Assembly: GCF_003013815.1 (NCBI RefSeq)
Contig: NZ_PRLH01000095.1
Location: 23,943 to 55,942 of the forward strand
Origin: Cyanothece sp. BG0011
GTDB lineage: Bacteria > Cyanobacteriota > Cyanobacteriia > Cyanobacteriales > Microcystaceae
Direction: 5' to 3'
Length of the DNA: 32,000 nucleotides
Each line of letters opens with the position of its first letter. Positions within the stretch are counted from its first letter, which is position 1. Both the position numbers and the translations under genes were made by a program. The notes beneath the pieces are model-generated. The model did no database searches, had not been told where the DNA came from, and saw only the letters and a list, made by a program, of their open reading frames with translations. This document shows positions 25,687-32,000 of this stretch, one piece after another.

Positions 25687-26895
25687 TTAAATATCTTCGG
25701 GATTAACCGGAAAATAGAACTCAATTCCTTGATCAATTAAATGTTGATTATTAGCTAAAATTTCTTTCTTGAAGTTCCAAGCTAATACATAATAAATGTC
25801 AGGAAGTTCTGTTAATTCTTTTTCGATAATAATAGGAATGTGCATTCCAGGTGAATAAAGTCCGCGTCTGAGTTCATTTTTTTCGACTAAATAATCAAGG
25901 TATTGTGTCCCTACACCGAAGTAATTTAACATAGTATTACCTTTCACCGGTGCGCCAAAACCCCACACAGTTTTACCTTCTTTTTTAGCCTTATCTAAGT
26001 AGGCTAAGTTATCAGCTTTCATCTGTTCAATACGTTTCGCAAAGTCTAGATAAGTGGAGAATTCATTGCTTTTTTCGTCTACTTCTGCTTGACGCATTTG
26101 TTGTAAGCGATCGCTTGGTTTTTTCTGTCCTTGATGAGTGACAAACCCAATAATAGATCCACCGTGAATGGGAGATAAATAAGCATCAAACATGGCTAAA
26201 CCATGACGATTTAATAAGACTTCAATGGTGTTTAAGTTGTAATATAAAAGATGTTCGTGATAGATTTGATCAAAGGCTAAATTATCAACAATGCGCTTCA
26301 TATAAAGGAATTGAACCACAAAAACACCATTATCAGTTAAAGCTTCTCTTATTCCTTCAGTCACAGAATGTAACTCTTCTAAATGGAAAAAGACACCGGC
26401 TGCATTGATAGCATGAAATTTGCGATCGAGGCGTTTAACCACCTCTAAATTAAAGAAATCATTAACCGTGGGAACCCCTGCTGCTTCGGCTATTTTTGCA
26501 GTGGTTTTTGAAGATTCTACCCCTAAGACATCATACCCCAAGGCTTGAAAATGTTTCAGTTGTGTTCCATCATTTGAACCAATATCTAAAACAGACTTAT
26601 TAGGGGTATCTTTAAAGAAACGATCATCCACTTCATGGGCAACATTTTTAAAGTGTTCACTGAGGGATTTTGTCACCCCAGACAGATAGGTATGATCCCC
26701 AAACATGATCTCTTTTTTAACGGTATAATCTAACTGTACCGTTCCACAATCATGACAGTATAAAACCCGTAAAGGATAAAAGGGTTCTTTTCCTACTTCT
26801 TCAGGTTTTAAGAAATTATTACACCAGGGTTGATGTCCTAAATCAATCGCTAATTCTAAGTTAGTCGAATCACAAACACGACAAATAGTATTCAA
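25687..26895 (-). CDS. SAM-dependent C-methyltransferase of the TylCIII/TcaB9 type (Zn-ribbon + class I MT + C-methyltransferase C-terminal domain)
   Basis: The 402-aa ORF has an N-terminal four-Cys zinc-ribbon pattern (CRVCDS ... CHDCG), SAM motif I (VLDIGSNDGT) and a long C-terminal domain (WGFGAPVKGNTMLNYFG) typical of NDP-hexose C-methyltransferases. Confidence 0.82.
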   Translation of the reverse strand: MNTICRVCDSTNLELAIDLGHQPWCNNFLKPEEVGKEPFYPLRVLYCHDCGTVQLDYTVKKEIMFGDHTYLSGVTKSLSEHFKNVAHEVDDRFFKDTPNKSVLDIGSNDGTQLKHFQALGYDVLGVESSKTTAKIAEAAGVPTVNDFFNLEVVKRLDRKFHAINAAGVFFHLEELHSVTEGIREALTDNGVFVVQFLYMKRIVDNLAFDQIYHEHLLYYNLNTIEVLLNRHGLAMFDAYLSPIHGGSIIGFVTHQGQKKPSDRLQQMRQAEVDEKSNEFSTYLDFAKRIEQMKADNLAYLDKAKKEGKTVWGFGAPVKGNTMLNYFGVGTQYLDYLVEKNELRRGLYSPGMHIPIIIEKELTELPDIYYVLAWNFKKEILANNQHLIDQGIEFYFPVNPEDI

Positions 26896-26984
26896 GGTTA
26901 AAGTTTCCTCCCGGTTAATTAGTTATGTCTTCAATTATTAAAACATTTCGTTGGCATTTTCTCCAATTCCTCATTCTGTATAGT

Positions 26985-28553
26985 TTATATATTTTCTAAA
27001 GATTGATAATAATCTGTGAAAATTTTTTCAAATACTTGAGGATCTTGGCGACTGAAATAGGGGACTTTAATCAATTTTGTTTGTGTTTCATTGGTTACAT
27101 AACTATCATAAGTTTCTTGAGGTACTTTCTCCATAAGCACCGTTTTATCCCCTAAAGATAACTGAATTTTTGAATCTCTATCATAATAGTTAACTTGATA
27201 ACCTTCTAAGCGAAGATATAAACTACTAAAAGTCCAAATCCATTGTTCAGTGGCTATATTATCGTCTTTATCTAAGTAAATAGCGGTGACATTTTTATCT
27301 GGTTTTTCTAGTGCTTTGGCCATCTGACGAGCAAATTTTATAGGAGGATGTAAGCTATCAATTTGAGCTTGACGAACTTTATTATATCCTGTTAAATAAG
27401 CCCCGGATACTCTCGGACCATCGTGGGTTGCTGTATAGGTAGGTTCAGGAGTAATCGCAATAAATGGAATATGGTTAAGGATGTGAATGGAAACAATTTG
27501 TAGACAAACACTCAAAGCAATAAACGTCAAGGATATTCCTTGAAATTGTTTTTTAGTTAATTTATCTTTAATTTCTAAAGCCATCCTAGCCAAAATAAAG
27601 GGGAGAAAGATTATCCCAGGAATCAAGTATTTCGGACTGGTTAATGTCGGTAATGGATATAAAATAATCAGACTAGATACTATTAATATAAGGGGTTTCC
27701 ATTGTTTAGATTTAATACTTTGAATAACAAAATAAATCAAAGCAATGATTAATAAAAACCAAATTAGCAAATTAGTAATTGTCCATAGGTTAGCCCAGGA
27801 TTCAGCCATTGTCCAGTTGGCCGCTCCTTCTTCGTGGCTTTTAGCTATGTTAATTAACTGCTGGGGGTTAAAAATATCAGTTAACCAAAAGATGCCTAGA
27901 AGAACAAAACTTGAACCAGCATAGATACCATAGTTTTTAAACCTTTGTTTTAGGGATTTATCAAACAGCATTAAGCCCCAAATCAAGGGAAAAGCCAAAA
28001 CAAAATCAAAGCGAAAAAATATCGCTGTCGTTAAGGTAATTCCTAAGATAAAATAGCGAATATTGTTCCAAAGTTGTATGGATTTTAGAGGACTTTTTTG
28101 CCAAAATAAAAATAGTGAGGCAATAGCCATAGGAACCATGGCATAGACGGTAGAATTATAATAGAGTCCAGAAAAAAATAGTTCAGGAAAAACAATTAAA
28201 AACGAAAAACAAAGAATTATATTCAGACGTTTTTGAGCAAATAAATAAACCGCCGTTAAGAGAATAAAGATATTCGTAGCCCCTAAAATTTGAGGTATAA
28301 TAAATAAAAGTTTCGGTTGATCAAGCCAATTCATCAACCCAAGATTCACTTCATAGGTTAAAGGTTGCCAATAGTATCGATAAACTAAATCTTTTCCTTT
28401 ATAGGCAAAGTTAACTATCCCTTCTAATTGTTCAACGTCGTCTCCTTCCCAACCGACGCGATCGCCAAAAAATAAAAATAAGGCGAGAAGTAAAACATAA
28501 AAAATAATCGACGACAATAAAACAGATTTTTTCGTTTTTAAATTAACATCCAT
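26985..28553 (-). CDS. Polytopic membrane protein with a C-terminal soluble domain; candidate GT-C-fold glycosyltransferase
   Basis: The 522-aa ORF has about 10-11 hydrophobic segments. An acidic motif (WEGDDVEQ) opens the first long loop, and a soluble C-terminal domain of about 150 aa follows. It sits in an operon with a polyprenyl-phosphate glycosyltransferase. I recognised no family signature. Confidence 0.55.
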   Translation of the reverse strand: MDVNLKTKKSVLLSSIIFYVLLLALFLFFGDRVGWEGDDVEQLEGIVNFAYKGKDLVYRYYWQPLTYEVNLGLMNWLDQPKLLFIIPQILGATNIFILLTAVYLFAQKRLNIILCFSFLIVFPELFFSGLYYNSTVYAMVPMAIASLFLFWQKSPLKSIQLWNNIRYFILGITLTTAIFFRFDFVLAFPLIWGLMLFDKSLKQRFKNYGIYAGSSFVLLGIFWLTDIFNPQQLINIAKSHEEGAANWTMAESWANLWTITNLLIWFLLIIALIYFVIQSIKSKQWKPLILIVSSLIILYPLPTLTSPKYLIPGIIFLPFILARMALEIKDKLTKKQFQGISLTFIALSVCLQIVSIHILNHIPFIAITPEPTYTATHDGPRVSGAYLTGYNKVRQAQIDSLHPPIKFARQMAKALEKPDKNVTAIYLDKDDNIATEQWIWTFSSLYLRLEGYQVNYYDRDSKIQLSLGDKTVLMEKVPQETYDSYVTNETQTKLIKVPYFSRQDPQVFEKIFTDYYQSLENI

Positions 28554-28607
28554 AATTCAACTCAATTGCTTAATCCAAGCTCAGAAAATAGACGATTCTC
28601 CTAATTT

Positions 28608-29981
28608 TTATTTCACTAACCGATATTGAGTTTCCACAAAACTAGCAATTTTCTGTCCTTCACGAATAGCATAATTAGTGCCTCGATCTTCGGGATAAAT
28701 TTGAGCCATAGTGGAAATATAAAACCCTGGTAAAGGGGTTTCATGACTCGGAATTAAACGACTATAATGACGAACCACAATGGGTTGAGAATAACGGGCG
28801 CGCCAGAAATGATAATCAATAATCCAATCACGACTAAACTCAGGAAACATTCTTTTTAAGTGAGGAATGGCATAATTTAAAGCTTCTTGATCACTCATTT
28901 GATAGAGTGTTTCGCTTTCGGGTAAATATTTAGATAAATAAACAATATGTTGTCCCCCGTAGGTTTCTTTGGGTTCAAAATTTGTGTGTTCAATCACCCC
29001 CACAAAGGGAAAATTAGGATCATTAACATTGAGCCAATAAGTCTCAGATAAACTACGATTGAGTTGCAGCACTAAACAAACATTCGCCAAATAGTCCACA
29101 GAGCGAAGTTTTTGAATATAATCAGAACTCAAATGATCGTCGAGGAGATCAGCGATAATGGGTAAAGCGGGAGTAGCGATCACCCCATCGGCCTCGATGA
29201 TACCTTGATTCGTTTTGACCCCTGTGAGGCGATCGCTTTCTACTATCACCCCTTCTACGGTGATGTTGGTTTTAATTTGACCCCCACGAAAGGCGATCGC
29301 TTCTGCCAACTTTTGGGCCAAGGCAGCGAACCCCCCGCGATAATAAGCCAACATTTCCGCGCCGTCTTTGTTACGACTACCGCCGCGTAGTTTAACTTTA
29401 TTCCAAAACCAAACCGCCGAAACCTGATCAGCAAAGGGGCCAAACTTACCCCTGAGCAACGGTTCCCACACAACCCGATACACCTGGGAACCACACACCT
29501 TTAACAACCATTCTTTAGCTGTCAAGGACTCTAGTTTGCGCCAATTTTTGATCCGACGGGCCCACAATGCAAACAACCCTAAACGAAGACGATTAAACCA
29601 ATTTAAGGGCTTAAAAGTTAATAAATCTAGGGGAGAACTTAACTTAAAGAAATTGTTAGCGTAGTAGATGCCGGTGCGAGTGGGGCGATAAATCACTTGA
29701 TCTTGGGCTTCTAATTCCTCCACTAAGGCCATGACATATTTATCATTGGTAAACCAGTGATGATAGAACTTTTCTAAGGGTTGGCCATTGACTTCAAAAC
29801 TACCCGCTAAACCCCCCACTTCCTTATCTCTTTCTAAGACAGTGACTCTGTATCCTTTGCGGGTGAGTTCGTAAGCGGCCGTTAACCCGGTAAAACCACC
29901 GCCAATGATCACAATATGGGGGGGGTTTCCCTGAGTCGGGGAGAATTTTGAGGTTGAGGGCAAAGAAGGATTAAATGTCAT
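28608..29981 (-). CDS. FAD/NAD(P)-binding oxidoreductase (amine-oxidase / phytoene-desaturase / UDP-galactopyranose-mutase-like fold)
   Basis: The 457-aa ORF has an N-terminal dinucleotide-binding motif (IVIIGGGFTGLTAAYELTRKGYRVTVLERDKEVGGLA) and a C-terminal flavin-anchoring region (GFYISTMAQIYPEDRGTNYAIREG). Confidence 0.85.
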   Translation of the reverse strand: MTFNPSLPSTSKFSPTQGNPPHIVIIGGGFTGLTAAYELTRKGYRVTVLERDKEVGGLAGSFEVNGQPLEKFYHHWFTNDKYVMALVEELEAQDQVIYRPTRTGIYYANNFFKLSSPLDLLTFKPLNWFNRLRLGLFALWARRIKNWRKLESLTAKEWLLKVCGSQVYRVVWEPLLRGKFGPFADQVSAVWFWNKVKLRGGSRNKDGAEMLAYYRGGFAALAQKLAEAIAFRGGQIKTNITVEGVIVESDRLTGVKTNQGIIEADGVIATPALPIIADLLDDHLSSDYIQKLRSVDYLANVCLVLQLNRSLSETYWLNVNDPNFPFVGVIEHTNFEPKETYGGQHIVYLSKYLPESETLYQMSDQEALNYAIPHLKRMFPEFSRDWIIDYHFWRARYSQPIVVRHYSRLIPSHETPLPGFYISTMAQIYPEDRGTNYAIREGQKIASFVETQYRLVK

Positions 29982-30037
29982 AATTAAAAAGAGATATTTA
30001 ACGGATATCTATAAGGGCAAATCTTTGGTTTAAAGGA

Positions 30038-31024
30038 CTAAACCAAGTGTTTATCATTATTAATCGATTGTTGGGTCTCGAAAGAATAGTTTTTAAACCC
30101 TAGTCGTTCTCGAACTAAGTATAGAGGACGTTCTTTGTTTTCGCGGTAAATGCGGCCAATATACTCACCAATGACTCCTAAAAAGACTAATTGAATGCCA
30201 CCAATAAACAGGGTTGAGATAAACAAAAGGGTCCAACCCGGAACCCAAATGGAGGTAAACAATCGTAACACTAGGGCGTAAAGAATACCAATGATAGACA
30301 GGACAAAAGTAAACAGACCCACCCAAATGGCCATTCTCAGGGGAATCAGAGAAAAGGATAAAATTCCATCCGCCGCAAAGCGTACCATTTTCCACAAGGG
30401 ATATTTACTCACCCCGGCCAGTCGTTGTGAGCGTTGGTAAGGAACTCCGATTTGTCGAAACCCCACCCAACTCACCATCCCTCTGAGGAAGCGATCGCGT
30501 TCTGGCATGGTTTTTAAGGCTTCTACTACCCGACGATCCATTAAGCGGAAGTCTCCGGTATCGAGGGGAATGGCAACATCGGAAAGACCGTTAATAATGC
30601 GATAAAAGGCTTTAGCACTCCAGAGTTTAAACCAGGTTTCTCCTTGGCGATCGGTTCGCACGCCGTAGGCCACATCATAACCTTGATACCAATAATCGAT
30701 CATGTCTTTGATGACTTCGGGGGGATCTTGGAGATCGGCATCGATTAACACGACGACATCCCCCGAAACATGGTCAAGTCCGGCGGTTACCGCCATTTGA
30801 TGGCCAAAGTTACGGGACAGCAAAATCACTTTAACCCGTTCTTCTTTTTGTTGTAGAGTGCGTAGGTGTTGGGCGGTTTGATCTTGACTCCCATCATCGA
30901 TATAAATAATTTCCCATTGGGGGGTTATCTCATCTAAAACCCCCACTAGGCGTTGATGGGTCGCTTGAATCACTTCTTGTTCGTTATAACAGGGGACAAC
31001 AACTGAGATCAACAACGGTTTCAC
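30038..31024 (-). CDS. GT2 polyprenyl-phosphate glycosyltransferase (GtrB / ArnC / DPM1-like)
   Basis: The 328-aa ORF has VVVPCYNE, YIDDGSQD, the DxD-type motif LIDADLQDPPE, and GDFRLMDRRVV. Two C-terminal TM helices flank IGEYIGRIY, as in GtrB-family enzymes. Confidence 0.92.
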   Translation of the reverse strand: MKPLLISVVVPCYNEQEVIQATHQRLVGVLDEITPQWEIIYIDDGSQDQTAQHLRTLQQKEERVKVILLSRNFGHQMAVTAGLDHVSGDVVVLIDADLQDPPEVIKDMIDYWYQGYDVAYGVRTDRQGETWFKLWSAKAFYRIINGLSDVAIPLDTGDFRLMDRRVVEALKTMPERDRFLRGMVSWVGFRQIGVPYQRSQRLAGVSKYPLWKMVRFAADGILSFSLIPLRMAIWVGLFTFVLSIIGILYALVLRLFTSIWVPGWTLLFISTLFIGGIQLVFLGVIGEYIGRIYRENKERPLYLVRERLGFKNYSFETQQSINNDKHLV

Positions 31025-31050
31025 TCCTCCTCCTCATCAGTTTAGTTCCT

Positions 31051-31923
31051 TTATTTTGCCTTTTGGGGAGTACAAAATAAGGTATGTTCTTTCATTTCGA
31101 CATCATAACCTAAGGCTTCTAGGAACGGTTGAACCCCTAATAAGGATGATTTTCCGGTTTTCACGTCTTCATGAATATCAATACAGAGATAGGGATGATA
31201 ACGATCTAAGGTGGTTTTTGCCCCTTGTAACCCGTAGAGTTCAAAGCCTTCGATATCAATTTTCATGGCTTTGGGTTCAATATTCATGGTGGCCACATAA
31301 TCATCAATGGTCATCACTTCGACTAAATAACTGTCGTGTTGACGATGACGGTTGCTCTCTGGGGTACTGAGGGTTGACACATCAGAAGCCCAAAAAAAGT
31401 CTTTTTCTGAGGTATATTCTAAAAATTCTGCTTTTCCCGGTTCATCGCTCACGGCAGCCGGCACAATGGTTATGTTTTCGATGTGGTTGAGGTCTACCAT
31501 TTGTTTGAGAAAGGTTTGGGTTTTTCGGGCGGGTTCAAAGGCATGGACTTGACCTTTTTTGCCCACTGCTTTGGCTAGGGGTAAGCTAATCACCCCAAAC
31601 GCGGCCCCAATATCGAGAACCACATCCCCATACTCAATGTTGGAGCATAACCAGTCAGCGCAATGGGTTTCGATCATAAAGCTGAGATGATCTTCTTCTC
31701 CTGGCATCAAACAATGTTTGTAGACTTTCAGGGGGTCAATGGGGGCTAAAGCATCGATCCGATTAATGCGACATTGAACCACTGAGCCTGATTGAATAAA
31801 ATCTAGCATTGCTTGGGTAAATTCCCGTTTTTGGGCGTGAAGCACCCGATCAATGGCTTCTAATGTGTCTACAATACCGATAACTCGACGTAATTTTGTA
31901 ATGAGATAATCTTTAATGTCCAT
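31051..31923 (-). CDS. FkbM family methyltransferase
   Basis: The 290-aa ORF has VVLDIGAAFGVISLPLAKAVGKKGQVHAFEP, AAVSDEPGKAEF and the MKIDIEGFELYGLQGA motif characteristic of the Methyltransf_21/FkbM family. Confidence 0.85.
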   Translation of the reverse strand: MDIKDYLITKLRRVIGIVDTLEAIDRVLHAQKREFTQAMLDFIQSGSVVQCRINRIDALAPIDPLKVYKHCLMPGEEDHLSFMIETHCADWLCSNIEYGDVVLDIGAAFGVISLPLAKAVGKKGQVHAFEPARKTQTFLKQMVDLNHIENITIVPAAVSDEPGKAEFLEYTSEKDFFWASDVSTLSTPESNRHRQHDSYLVEVMTIDDYVATMNIEPKAMKIDIEGFELYGLQGAKTTLDRYHPYLCIDIHEDVKTGKSSLLGVQPFLEALGYDVEMKEHTLFCTPQKAK

Positions 31924-32000
31924 AAAAGTGTTTTATAAATAAATCGTTTATGATTCGGCTTAATGATTTAGATAGACTCACTGAACTATTTTTAATGTTC

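Noticed and set aside
18367-31552. Other antisense or overlapping track ORFs: 18367-18723, 18561-18803, 19418-19636, 20235-20597, 20262-20486, 21347-21616, 21937-22821 (three ORFs), 22914-23114, 23648-24202, 25242-25427, 29205-29494, 30165-30395 and 31056-31552
   Set aside because: Each lies within or opposite a gene with strong family motifs (pst genes, aminotransferase, dut, oxidoreductase, GT2, FkbM). None has recognisable motifs of its own.

Overview
This window looks like a chromosomal segment from a cyanobacterium. The HIP1 octamer GCGATCGC recurs throughout, for example at 1665-1672, 4047-4054, 12439-12446 and 14040-14047. Codon usage is AT-leaning and there are many pentapeptide-repeat proteins. 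No rRNA, tRNA, CRISPR array, transposase or integrase was recognisable by eye.

Gene content, left to right:
- A large GH13 amylase on the minus strand. It is absent from the supplied ORF track because it runs off the window edge.
- mutS, a SAM-dependent methyltransferase and a DUF318-type permease.
- A receiver domain and a histidine kinase that look like one hybrid gene broken by two poly-A frameshifts, followed by a cupin.
- A secreted pentapeptide-repeat protein overlapping a TspO-family gene.
- gyrA.
- A minus-strand trio: a protein with three copies of an unknown domain, a pentapeptide-repeat protein and a membrane-anchored hypothetical.
- An ArsR-family regulator directly fused to a complete pstSCAB phosphate transporter.
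- A Q-rich coiled-coil protein with an FtsZ-like C-terminal peptide.
- A class V aminotransferase, then thyX and dut.
- A five-gene minus-strand envelope-glycan operon: FkbM methyltransferase, GtrB/ArnC-like GT2, FAD oxidoreductase, an orphan polytopic GT-C-like protein and a TylCIII/TcaB9-type C-methyltransferase.

Intergenic regions carry two small dispersed repeat families: GTAGGGTGGGCAA-armed hairpins and GGGAAC-type heptamer tracts.

The best candidates for undescribed biology are the glycan operon, the ArsR-pst unit, the triple-repeat plus pentapeptide pair, and the coiled-coil protein with the FtsZ-like tail. All functional calls rest on motifs read from the translations. No database search could be run.
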